Origin: Tissierellia bacterium
GTDB taxonomy: Bacteria; Bacillota; Clostridia; Tissierellales; Peptoniphilaceae
DNA: 64,000 nt
Direction of reading: 5' to 3'
NCBI GenBank assembly: GCA_030535395.1
Contig: JAUNLK010000004.1
Span: 33,209 to 97,208, forward strand
A program made the position numbers and the translations under genes. Under the pieces are notes generated by a model. That model worked only from the letters and a program-made list of their open reading frames with translations. It ran no database searches and was not told the DNA's origin. Positions 36,917 to 44,835 of this stretch are shown here, in pieces (position 1 is the first letter of the stretch; each line of letters begins with the position of its first letter).

Positions 36917-37369
36917 TGTTCCACGTAGAACAATCCAATACGGGAGCCCACAACAATGTTCCACATGGAACAACCCAATACGGGAGTCCAATTCAAAATT
37001 TCCTATGGAGCTTTCCATTACCATCATTTAAATAATAGGTGCAGGGTCCTTTGTTCATACTGAGAGTCATGTTCCACATGGATCAATCCAAAACTCAGAT
37101 CAAAGTTCTCTCCAGAGCATCCACTGTGCACGTTTAAATGATTGGTAGAGGGCCTTCCCAGTAAATGAAAGTTACGTCCCTTGGTGTTCTCGTTGACGAC
37201 GGAAAAAGTCCCTGGAGATTCGAAACAACCCATATAAGCCCAAATGTTCGACGTAGAACAATTCGACGGGAGGGCTCATAGCAATGTTCCACATGGAACA
37301 ATTGGGGCTTTGCTGGAATGTTCTACATGGAACAATTTCTGGGCCCTGGGCCATGTTCCACGTGGAACA
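36917..37369. promoter_or_regulatory. Array of seven parS-like 16-mers upstream of parA
   Basis: The seven sites are 36917-36932 TGTTCCACGTAGAACA; 36957-36972 TGTTCCACATGGAACA; 37070-37085 TGTTCCACATGGATCA; 37245-37260 TGTTCGACGTAGAACA; 37285-37300 TGTTCCACATGGAACA; 37319-37334 TGTTCTACATGGAACA; and 37354-37369 TGTTCCACGTGGAACA. The known parS consensus is TGTTNCACGTGAAACA. Confidence 0.8.
37354..37369. promoter_or_regulatory. Perfectly palindromic parS site
   Basis: TGTTCCAC|GTGGAACA is a perfect 16-bp palindrome, 132 nt upstream of the parA start codon. Confidence 0.85.
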
Positions 37370-37500
37370 GTGGAGTGGTTTTTCTCTTGGGGCCCCGATA
37401 TTTGTTTTTGGTCTCCACCGCTCCCTTTTTCCGGGGCTCGGTGGGTCTTTTTTTGTGCCCTTTCCTTTGATAAGATAGTAGGGACAGAAAGGGGTGCGTC

Positions 37501-38259
37501 ATGGGCGCTGTAATAGCGGTTTTTAATCAAAAGGGGGGCGTGGGCAAGACCACTACGGTGATCAATCTCGCCGTGGCCCTGAGCCGGGACAAGCACCGGG
37601 TTTTGGTGGTGGATCTGGATCCCCAGGCCAATACCACCAGTGGCTTGGGCCTGGAAAAAATCACTGAGGGGGGTGTCTACTCCTTTGTTCTGGGAGAAGA
37701 GGCCCCCTTTGTGGAGCGTTCTCCCAATTTGGACGTGATCCCCTCGTCTGCCGATGTGGCGGGCCTGGAGGTGGAGCTCTCCGGTGTGGAGGGCTGGCAG
37801 TCCTATCTCCACCGAGCCCTGGAGGAGTACAGGGAGGACTACGACTATGTGTTCATCGACTGTCCCCCCTCCCTGGGGATTCTCTCCCTCATGGCCCTGG
37901 CCACTTCGGACTATGTCCTCATTCCCGTGCAGACGGAGTACTATGCCCTGGAGGGTCTGGGACAGCTCTCGGGCTCCATTGCCCTGGTGCAGGAGAGTTT
38001 CAATCCCAATCTGAAGATTTTGGGGGTCCTCCTCACCATGAGTGATGGCAGGAACAAACTGACCCGGGAAGTGACCCATCAGGTTCGGGAGTACTTTGGG
38101 GACTATGTATTTCAGGCCGTCATTCCCCGGAGTGTGAAGCTGGCAGAGGCCCCCTCCTTTGGGAAGAGCATCCTGGAGTACGATCGTTTGAATAAGGGGA
38201 GCTTTGCCTATAAGAAGGCGGCCAAGGAATTGGTGAAGAGGAGGTTGGCAGATGGCTAA
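37501..38259 (+). CDS. parA: Chromosome partitioning ATPase ParA/Soj
   Basis: It has the deviant Walker A NQKGGVGKTTT. 252 aa. It overlaps the parB start. Confidence 0.95.
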   Translation: MGAVIAVFNQKGGVGKTTTVINLAVALSRDKHRVLVVDLDPQANTTSGLGLEKITEGGVYSFVLGEEAPFVERSPNLDVIPSSADVAGLEVELSGVEGWQSYLHRALEEYREDYDYVFIDCPPSLGILSLMALATSDYVLIPVQTEYYALEGLGQLSGSIALVQESFNPNLKILGVLLTMSDGRNKLTREVTHQVREYFGDYVFQAVIPRSVKLAEAPSFGKSILEYDRLNKGSFAYKKAAKELVKRRLADG

Positions 38260-39118
38260 GAAAAATGCCCTGGGCCGGGGCCTCAACAGCCTCTTTCAGG
38301 ACGGGCCCGTGGTTCGGGAGGCCAAGGAAAAGGATGCCACAAGTAAGGAATACCTCATGGTGGATCCCGAGAAGATCCGGGCCAATCCCAATCAGCCTCG
38401 GAAGGACTTCGATCCGGAGGCCCTGAAGGAGCTGGCCCAGAGTCTTCAGGATGTGGGGGTCCTCCAGCCCCTCTTGGTGCAGCCTGAGGGGGACGGCTAT
38501 TTTCTCATTGCCGGAGAGCGGCGGCTGAGGGCGGCGAAACTGGCGGGCCTCGAGGAAGTCCCCGTTCGCCTCTATGAGGGTTCCCAGGAGGAGGCGGAGA
38601 AGCTCGCCCTGGTGGAGAATATCCAGCGGGAGGACCTGGGGCCCATGGAGGAGTCCCGGGCCTATCACAGCCTCAAGGACCGCTATGGCTACTCCCAGGA
38701 GGAACTGGGGAAGCTCTTGGGAAAGAGCCGCTCCTATATTGCCAACACCCTTCGGCTCTCCAATTTGGCCCCCGAAGTTCAAAAGCTCCTCCAGGATGGC
38801 CACATCAATGTGTCCCAGGCCAAGGTGCTGTTGGGGATCAAGGATCCCAAGCGGCAAGTTCGGGAGGCCCAAAAATTGGTGAAAAGCGCTGCCACCGTCC
38901 GTCAGACGGAGTCGGCCCTGTCCAAGGGCAGCGGAAAGCGGACCAAGAGGAAGGACCCCTATGATCTGGCTCTGGAGGAGCAGATGATGGAGGAATTGGG
39001 GACCAAGGTGGAAATTTCCCGGAGGGGAAAGAAGGGGACCCTCACCCTGGATTTTTACAGTGATGACCAGCTCAGCCAAATCATAGGCTTATTAATAGGA
39101 GATGAAAATTTTGAGTAA
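38252..39118 (+). CDS. parB: Chromosome partitioning protein ParB/Spo0J
   Basis: LGRGLNSLF, the ParB box IRANPNQPRKDF...GVLQPLLV, the GERRLRAAK arginine patch, and the HTH QEELGKLLGKSRSYIANTLRL. Confidence 0.95.
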   Translation: MAKKNALGRGLNSLFQDGPVVREAKEKDATSKEYLMVDPEKIRANPNQPRKDFDPEALKELAQSLQDVGVLQPLLVQPEGDGYFLIAGERRLRAAKLAGLEEVPVRLYEGSQEEAEKLALVENIQREDLGPMEESRAYHSLKDRYGYSQEELGKLLGKSRSYIANTLRLSNLAPEVQKLLQDGHINVSQAKVLLGIKDPKRQVREAQKLVKSAATVRQTESALSKGSGKRTKRKDPYDLALEEQMMEELGTKVEISRRGKKGTLTLDFYSDDQLSQIIGLLIGDENFE

Positions 39119-39980
39119 AGAAGTACAGGTATATATCGCCGATGCCTTTACCGGGACCCCCTTTGGGGGCAATCCCGCGGGCATTGTCATTGATCAGGAC
39201 CAGCTGGACGACAGGGAAAAGCAGACCCTGGCGGCGGAGCTGAAGCACTCGGAGACCGCTTTTTTGACGGAGCTGGATACCAATATCTATCGCACGGACT
39301 TTTTCACCCCCGTGGAGGAGGTGGACCTCTGTGGCCACGCCACCATTGCCTCCTTCTACACCCTGGCCAAAATGGGCTACATCCACGGGCCGGAGGAGGG
39401 GGTGCTGCCGGTGACCCAGGTGACCAAGGCGGGGAAGCTCAAGGTCTACCTCCACTATAAAAATGGGGAGGTCCACTGGGTGGAGATGGCCCAGCCCGCG
39501 GCCCTCTTTGGGGACAAGATTTCCGTGGAAAAACTCTCCGACACCCTGGACCTGCCCCCCTCGGCCATTGGCCTGGAGGGCCTGGAGCCCATGATTGTCT
39601 CCACGGGAATCAGGGACGTCATGGTGCCGGTGAAGGAGCGGATTTGGCTGGAGTCCATTAAGGTGGACCGGGAGCGGATGATTCGCCAAAACGAGCAGGA
39701 TCACTTCTACTCCTATCACGTCTTCACCATGGAGGACGGGGTGGTCTATCAGCGGAATTTCTGTCCCATTTTGGAAATCGACGAGGAGGCCGCCACGGGG
39801 ACGGCCACGGGAGCCCTCCTGGCCTATCTCAATAAATTCCGGGGCGTGGAGGAATTAAAGGCCATTCAGGGACTGGAGATGAATCGCCCCTCCAATATCT
39901 CCGCCCGCTATGGCAGCAATGGAGAGATCATCGTGGGGGGAAGTGCCGTCATCATCCTCAGTGGGGTCATCACCCTATGA
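39102..39980 (+). CDS. PhzF-family isomerase
   Basis: VYIADAFTGTPFGGNPAGIV and LCGHATIAS motifs. 292 aa. Confidence 0.85.
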   Translation: MKILSKEVQVYIADAFTGTPFGGNPAGIVIDQDQLDDREKQTLAAELKHSETAFLTELDTNIYRTDFFTPVEEVDLCGHATIASFYTLAKMGYIHGPEEGVLPVTQVTKAGKLKVYLHYKNGEVHWVEMAQPAALFGDKISVEKLSDTLDLPPSAIGLEGLEPMIVSTGIRDVMVPVKERIWLESIKVDRERMIRQNEQDHFYSYHVFTMEDGVVYQRNFCPILEIDEEAATGTATGALLAYLNKFRGVEELKAIQGLEMNRPSNISARYGSNGEIIVGGSAVIILSGVITL

Positions 39981-40585
39981 ATTTGAAGGACTACACCCTC
40001 ACCGACTTTATCGCCAAGGCCACCGACACCAGCTCCCTCCCCGGCGGGGGGAGCATCTGCGCCCTCAATGGGGCCCTGGCGGCCTCCCTGGGGATCATGG
40101 TCCTGGGTCTTTCCAGGAAAAAGATCCAGGCTCCGGAGAAAGTGGAGAAACTCCGGGCCCTCTCGGATGAGCTCCGGGAAAATATCGAGGCCGACGGCCG
40201 CTCCTTTGAGGGGGTATTGGAGGGCCTCAAAATGCCCAAGGAGACCCCCGAGGAGGCCGCCCTTCGCAGCAGGGCCATTCAGGAGGGCTATCAGCGGGCC
40301 ATGGAGGTCCCCCACAGCACGGTCCTGGGGAGCCTGGAAGTGCTGAAGATCCTGGCCTCCGTGGCCAAGGACATGGACCCCTATGCCTACAGCGATCTCA
40401 GGATTGCCCGGGACCTGGCCATGACGGCCATCCACGGCGCTCTCTACACCATGGATTTGAATTTGCCCCATTTGTCCAATGAGGAGAAAAAAGAACACTA
40501 CCGGAGGCTCATGGAGGAGGAAGAGGAGATGGCCCGGGCCCATGCCATTGCCATCGAACAGACCCTCCAGCTCTTGGAAGGATGA
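39977..40585 (+). CDS. Cyclodeaminase/cyclohydrolase family protein (FTCD C-terminal domain-like)
   Basis: PGGGSICALNGALAASLGIMV is the hallmark of the formiminotransferase-cyclodeaminase C-domain family. 202 aa and helical. Confidence 0.8.
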   Translation: MNLKDYTLTDFIAKATDTSSLPGGGSICALNGALAASLGIMVLGLSRKKIQAPEKVEKLRALSDELRENIEADGRSFEGVLEGLKMPKETPEEAALRSRAIQEGYQRAMEVPHSTVLGSLEVLKILASVAKDMDPYAYSDLRIARDLAMTAIHGALYTMDLNLPHLSNEEKKEHYRRLMEEEEEMARAHAIAIEQTLQLLEG

Positions 40586-41445
40586 AGACCCTCTTCGTAT
40601 TCAATGCCAGTGCGGGCCACCGTGACATGGAGGAGCGGAGGGCGGCCATCGAGGCCTGGCTCTGGGAGCGGGGCCTGCCCTTCCACTACTACACCGGGGA
40701 TCTGAGGGAGAATTCCGGGGAGGAGATCTTCTCCGGCTACGACCATGTGGTGGCCGTGGGGGGAGACGGCACCGCCTTTTGGACGGTGAACAAACTCATG
40801 GAGGCCGGGGTCCGGGGCTTTTCCCTCCTCCCCGCCGGCAGCGGCAATGATCTGGCCCGGACTCTGAAGATCAGAGGCAGGCTCCACGATCAGCTGGCCG
40901 CCATATTCTCCGCCCCCGGCAGGCCCCTGGACGTGGGCCAGTGGCAGGAGCGCTACTTCATCAATATCGCCTCGGCGGGGCTGGATGCCGATGTCAATGC
41001 CCACTTTCACCGCCACCGGGACCGGCTGAGAAAGCGGAGACTCCTGGGCTGGCTCCAGGCCCTGGTGGAGACCGCCGGCAGCTTCGACCACCTCCCCATC
41101 CTCCTCCACGGCAGAGAGGAGCGGCTGGCCATTTGCACCCTGGGCAATGGCCGCTACTATGGGGGCGGCTTCCCCATCCTCAAGGAGGCGGAGATGGACG
41201 ACGGCCTCTTGGACCTTCTGACGGTGGACGTCCGCCGAATTCACCTGATGATTCCCTTCATCATCAGCTTATTTGTGGGGGGCAGCCGAAGATTCACCCG
41301 GGGCTTTACCCGGGAGCGAATTCAAAGGCTGAAACTCACCCTTTTGAGGGACACCCAGGTCAATTTAGACGGGGAGACCTTCTGGTACCGGGGAGAGGTG
41401 GAAGTTTCCATCCACCCCGGTGCCCTCACCTACTACGGACAATGA
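40582..41445 (+). CDS. Diacylglycerol/lipid kinase family protein (YegS/DagK-like)
   Basis: VAVGGDGT and PAGSGNDLAR motifs. 287 aa. Confidence 0.85.
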   Translation: MKTLFVFNASAGHRDMEERRAAIEAWLWERGLPFHYYTGDLRENSGEEIFSGYDHVVAVGGDGTAFWTVNKLMEAGVRGFSLLPAGSGNDLARTLKIRGRLHDQLAAIFSAPGRPLDVGQWQERYFINIASAGLDADVNAHFHRHRDRLRKRRLLGWLQALVETAGSFDHLPILLHGREERLAICTLGNGRYYGGGFPILKEAEMDDGLLDLLTVDVRRIHLMIPFIISLFVGGSRRFTRGFTRERIQRLKLTLLRDTQVNLDGETFWYRGEVEVSIHPGALTYYGQ

Positions 41446-41458
41446 AAAGGCAAATTGG

Positions 41459-41486
41459 AGAGCTCACAATGGTGGGCTCTTTTTTT
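41459..41486 (+). terminator. Rho-independent terminator
   Basis: AGAGCTCAC (41459-41467) pairs with GTGGGCTCT (41472-41480) with one G-U pair, followed by TTTTTT. Confidence 0.7.
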
Positions 41487-41656
41487 GTGCTCAAGTGACA
41501 AAAGGTTACAATTTGTAATGTATATGTAATGGAATCTCCATGGAAATGACACAATACCCTCCATTTTCCGTGGTATAATACCCATCGTTCCCGGGGAAAG
41601 GTAACAAAATAGTTACAAACCGGGCATTGACATTAGAAAGAGGCAAAAGAAGCAAA

Positions 41657-42787
41657 ATGAATAAAAAAGTCGTGGCCCTCATGGGCCTTTCCCTTACATT
41701 ACTTAGTGTAAACCCCATTGGCATCTGGGCGGCAGAGGCCACCCCCCAGTCCGCCGTAACTCAAGAGGTAAAAGGGGACGTCCAAGAAGTGGCAGTCCTC
41801 CCCGTGTCCATCACCTTCGGGGAAAATACCTTCCAAATGGAGAGCATGGCATCCTACGAGGCCCTCATGGCGGCCCTCAGGGAGAGAGTCACCTCCCCCG
41901 GGGCGGAGCTCATCTCCATGACCCTGGAGCCCGCCGCCAAGGTGAAGGAGATCAAAGAGGCGAAGGAAGTCCTCACTGTGGAGCAGGTCCTGGAACTTCT
42001 CCTCCACGGGGGCCGGCAAAAGTCCCTCTACTTCGTCAAGGAGGGGGAGAGTATGGAGGAGATTGCCCAGCGCTACGGCATGAGCCCGGAGGATGTGAAG
42101 GAGCTCAATCCCAAGGTCAACAATCCCCCAGAGGGCGGCACCGCCGTCTATGTCTACTCCGAGGTGCCCCTGGTGGAAGTGAAAACCACCGAGCGCTTTG
42201 CCGTGGAGGAGGCCATTGCCTATTCCAGCCAGCAACAGGAGAGTGACACCCTGGCCAAGGGGAGCACCCGAGTCCTCCAGGCCGGGGCCAATGGCGTCCT
42301 CACCAAGAGCTATCTCCAGCGGAAGCACAATGGCATCATTGAGGAGAGCGTGGTGGAGGGCCAAGAGGTGACCACCGCCCCCGTCCCCGAAATTGTGGAA
42401 GTGGGCACTCGAGAGCAGGAGGACTTCATCTACCCCGCCGAGGGCAGACTCTCCTCCCCCTACGGACCCCGCTGGGGCAGCTTCCACCGGGGCATCGACA
42501 TCGCCAATCCCGTGGGCACCCCCATTTTGGCCGCCAAAAGTGGCGTCATCACCCGCAGCGAAAGGGCAGGGAGCTATGGCAATTGGATCGAAATCGACCA
42601 CCAGGACGGCCACATCACCCGCTACGCTCACCTGAGCCGCCGGGATGTCCAGGTGGGGGATGTGGTGGCCCAGGGAGACCTCATCGGCCTCATGGGCTCC
42701 ACCGGCAGGAGCACCGGACCCCACCTCCACTTTGAAATCAAGGAGAATGGCCAGAATATCGACCCCCAAATCTACCTGCCCTACTAA
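41657..42787 (+). CDS. Secreted M23-family metallopeptidase with LysM and G5 domains
   Basis: The start is the ATG at 41657 (MNKKVVALMGLSLTLLSV, a signal peptide). LysM is YFVKEGESMEEIAQRYGMSPEDVKELNP. A G5-like region ends in ...EIVEVGT. M23 is GRLSSPYGPRWGSFHRGIDI...GSTGRSTGPHLHFEI. Confidence 0.88.
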   Translation: MNKKVVALMGLSLTLLSVNPIGIWAAEATPQSAVTQEVKGDVQEVAVLPVSITFGENTFQMESMASYEALMAALRERVTSPGAELISMTLEPAAKVKEIKEAKEVLTVEQVLELLLHGGRQKSLYFVKEGESMEEIAQRYGMSPEDVKELNPKVNNPPEGGTAVYVYSEVPLVEVKTTERFAVEEAIAYSSQQQESDTLAKGSTRVLQAGANGVLTKSYLQRKHNGIIEESVVEGQEVTTAPVPEIVEVGTREQEDFIYPAEGRLSSPYGPRWGSFHRGIDIANPVGTPILAAKSGVITRSERAGSYGNWIEIDHQDGHITRYAHLSRRDVQVGDVVAQGDLIGLMGSTGRSTGPHLHFEIKENGQNIDPQIYLPY

Positions 42788-42832
42788 AAATCCTTGGCAG
42801 AGAAGGAGACCTTTGATATAATCATACTTCAT

Positions 42833-42921
42833 GGAGAAGTATCGAAGTGGTCATAACGGGGCTGTCTCGAAAACAGTTTGCCTTCACGGGCACGAGGGTT
42901 CGAATCCCTCCTTCTCCGCCA
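42833..42921 (+). tRNA. tRNA-Ser (anticodon CGA)
   Basis: GGAGAAG acceptor stem; anticodon arm GCTGT-CTCGAAA-ACAGT; long variable arm (TTGCCTTCACGGGCAC); T-arm GAGGG-TTCGAAT-CCCTC; CTTCTCC-G-CCA. 89 nt. Confidence 0.9.
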
Positions 42922-42925
42922 CCAC

Positions 42926-42958
42926 AAGGACCCACGGGAAACCAGGGGCCCTTTTTTT
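42926..42958 (+). terminator. Probable terminator after tRNA-Ser
   Basis: AAGGACCC (42926-42933) pairs with GGGCCCTT (42946-42953) with one mismatch and a 12-nt loop, running into TTTTTTT (42952-42958). Confidence 0.5.
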
Positions 42959-43482
42959 ATGCCCAGAAGTTGGAAGCCTCTGGGGAAGACCCAAAGACCC
43001 GCCAGGGGATTGTGATACAAAAAACGAGAAGAGCGAGACTGTGTTTATAACAAAACATACTTTTAACAAACCTCCCATCTGAAAAAGCAAAACAACAAAC
43101 AAACGAGAGCCCCCAAGGAACACCACCCCAGAACCCGCCCAAAGGGCCCACCTACTTCCCAATACCACCAATTAAAATTAAAGAACAAATTCGATATTTC
43201 AATAACAATCCCTCCCCTCCAAGTGTAGAGGCTCGCGGGGGAATTTTCTCCTGAGCTTTTATTTTTGCATGTGGCACTCCAATCCGCTTTTGGAAAGCAA
43301 ATGCTCACTTCGAGATTTCAATTCCAATCTTTGGTCGGGAAGCTCAGATGTGGATCGCAAAGTTTGTTTTTAGAAGTCAGGCTTTGATTTTGAGATTTCA
43401 ACGAATATTCTTTTAGAGGACAACTATTTAACGCTAAAATATATGGAAATATTTCAGAAGAAAATTAATTATGAGATGCTTA

Positions 43483-43511
43483 TTGACAATAGGGAGGGGA
43501 AAAATTAAAAT
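43483..43511 (+). promoter_or_regulatory. Near-consensus sigma-A promoter inside the island
   Basis: TTGACA (43483-43488), a 17-nt spacer, then TAAAAT (43506-43511). A second TTGACA at 43519-43524 has TACGGT 17 nt downstream. Confidence 0.65.
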
Positions 43512-43517
43512 AGTACT

Positions 43518-43853
43518 TTTGACAATTTAATATCTTTATGCTACGGTCTAACTGTAGTTAGGTAGCTACTTGTATTTACTGTAAATTCATTGAACAAGTG
43601 TACTTAATTACATTGGAGGTGTAATTAAGAAGGCTGTTAGAGAGCCTAAGTTTTACGGAGGCAAACTTTTAGCTGGATGCGCCTGTAGTAGTGCGAGGAG
43701 TTCTAGGAGAGGGCCATGGCATCCTACCTGGAATTGTAATTGTAATTTCGATCATGGTACTGAAAATTTCATTCATAAATTTTCTAAAGCTGATGTGAAA
43801 TGAGTTTAAAAAGAACTTTGTTAAAAAGCACACACTTTGGTGTGTGCTTTTTA
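43518..43853 (+). ncRNA. Candidate structured small RNA or cis-regulatory leader (about 330 nt) upstream of the ABC operon
   Basis: It is bounded by the promoter at 43483-43511 and a strong terminator at 43824-43853. Its core is more GC-rich than the surrounding island. It contains nested hairpins: GCTAC/CTAAC...GTTAG/GTAGC (43540-43566); ACTTGT...ACAAGT (43568-43599); CTTAATTAC-ATTGGAGGT-GTAATTAAG (43603-43629); and AAGTTT-TACGGAGGC-AAACTT (43648-43668). It has no ORF with a canonical start. Confidence 0.4.
43824..43853 (+). terminator. Strong intrinsic terminator (symmetrical A/T flanks)
   Basis: AAAA-GCACACAC (43828-43835), loop TTTG, GTGTGTGC (43840-47), then TTTTT (43848-52). Confidence 0.85.
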
Positions 43854-43977
43854 ACCGCATCCCATGTAATTACTTTAACAGATAGGTGCAACCATTCACT
43901 TATGTTAAGCATATTTCCTAAGTATAAAGAATTATATGATTTACAACAAACTATGGGTGAAGAAAAGGAGTGATAAA

Positions 43978-44835
43978 ATGATGCTTGATCTTAAAAATAT
44001 AAAAAAGTCTTATGGGGAAAATAATGTACTTACGGATATTAGTGTGTCTATTAATAATGGAATCCATGGATTATTAGGAGCGAACGGTACGGGGAAAACA
44101 ACGCTATTTAGTATTATTAGTGGTTTTTTAAAAGAGGATGGGGGAACAATTACATACCCTACTTGTGCAACTAAAGAAGATGTGCTTATTGGAGTACTTC
44201 CTCAAAATTTTGTTGGTTATCCAGAAATGAGTGTGGAAGAATTTTTGGAATATTTATCTCAGGTGAAGGGAGATTGGACTAAAAGGAAAACTAGAGCAGA
44301 AATAGCGGAAAAGACTCAAGTATTTAATTTAACAAATGTTAGAAAGAAAAAATTAAAGCAGCTTTCAGGAGGGCAGCTAAGGAGAGTCGGGCTGGCTCAA
44401 GCTTTTCTATTTAATCCTAAAATAGTTTTATTAGATGAACCAACAGTTGGTCTTGACCCTAAAGAGAGGCTTCATTTAAAAAATTATTTAGCTTCACTAA
44501 AGGAAAATCATATTATTCTTTTATCTACGCATATAGTATCTGACCTAGAAAAATTGGCCGATAAAATTTATATACTAAAAGATGGAAAAATTGTAGAACA
44601 AGGTTCTGAAGAAAAACTTCTAGCAAAGCTAGATCATAAAGTATGGGAGATAGATTATGAAAACTACACTAGAGGCAGTAAAGGAATTTTAGTGAAGGAA
44701 TACAATAAAAATGGACAGGTTTTTTTACGCCTTATCTGCGAAGAAAAACCTTCAAGTCAAGCAAGGCCTGTGAAAGCGGAATTAGAAGACCTATATATTT
44801 CATACTTTCAAGGAGGAAGCAGCTATGAACTTTGA
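43978..44835 (+). CDS. ABC transporter ATP-binding protein (ABC-2/NatA-like, single NBD with C-terminal domain)
   Basis: The start is the ATG at 43978, 7 nt after AAGGAG. Walker A GANGTGKTT, signature LSGGQLRR, Walker B VLLDEP, H-loop LSTH. Codons are A/T-rich. Confidence 0.9.
   Translation: MMLDLKNIKKSYGENNVLTDISVSINNGIHGLLGANGTGKTTLFSIISGFLKEDGGTITYPTCATKEDVLIGVLPQNFVGYPEMSVEEFLEYLSQVKGDWTKRKTRAEIAEKTQVFNLTNVRKKKLKQLSGGQLRRVGLAQAFLFNPKIVLLDEPTVGLDPKERLHLKNYLASLKENHIILLSTHIVSDLEKLADKIYILKDGKIVEQGSEEKLLAKLDHKVWEIDYENYTRGSKGILVKEYNKNGQVFLRLICEEKPSSQARPVKAELEDLYISYFQGGSSYEL

Noticed and set aside
36796-37513. Cluster of short ORFs on both strands that begin MFHVEQ / MFHMEQ / MFDVEQ.
   Set aside because: They are generated by the palindromic parS 16-mers (ATGTTCCACGTGGAACA reads M-F-H-V-E-Q on either strand). 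They have no RBS and no coherent downstream sequence. I also considered a CRISPR array and rejected it: the repeats are 16-bp palindromes with irregular 34-175 bp spacing and there are no cas genes.
41490-41656. Possible c-di-AMP (ydaO-type) riboswitch upstream of the M23/LysM peptidase gene.
   Set aside because: This gene class is often ydaO-regulated, but the leader is only about 70 nt after an extended -10 (TGGTATAAT, about 41570-41578). It contains just one simple hairpin (CCCGG...GTAAC-AAAATA-GTTAC...CCGGG). The conserved ydaO elements are not visible.
42847-43308. ORFs overlapping tRNA-Ser and the adjacent A/C-rich non-coding stretch (42829-43020, 42831-43082, 42884-43171, 42957-43151, 43063-43308).
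   Set aside because: They overlap a well-folded tRNA or run through strand-skewed low-complexity sequence without RBS or family resemblance.
43518-43853. Known riboswitch or T-box identity for the island leader (checked by eye for T-box, TPP, SAM, purine, lysine, glycine, cobalamin, c-di-GMP, guanidine/ykkC and fluoride core motifs).
   Set aside because: None of the conserved core sequences I remember is present. The element is therefore reported as an unclassified candidate rather than assigned to a family.
43669-43860. 63-codon minus-strand ORF inside the island small-transcript region.
   Set aside because: Its start codon lies inside the terminator hairpin and there is no RBS. The sequence (…PGRMPWPSPRTPRTTTGASS) looks like antisense noise. 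The plus-strand promoter/terminator pair explains the region better.
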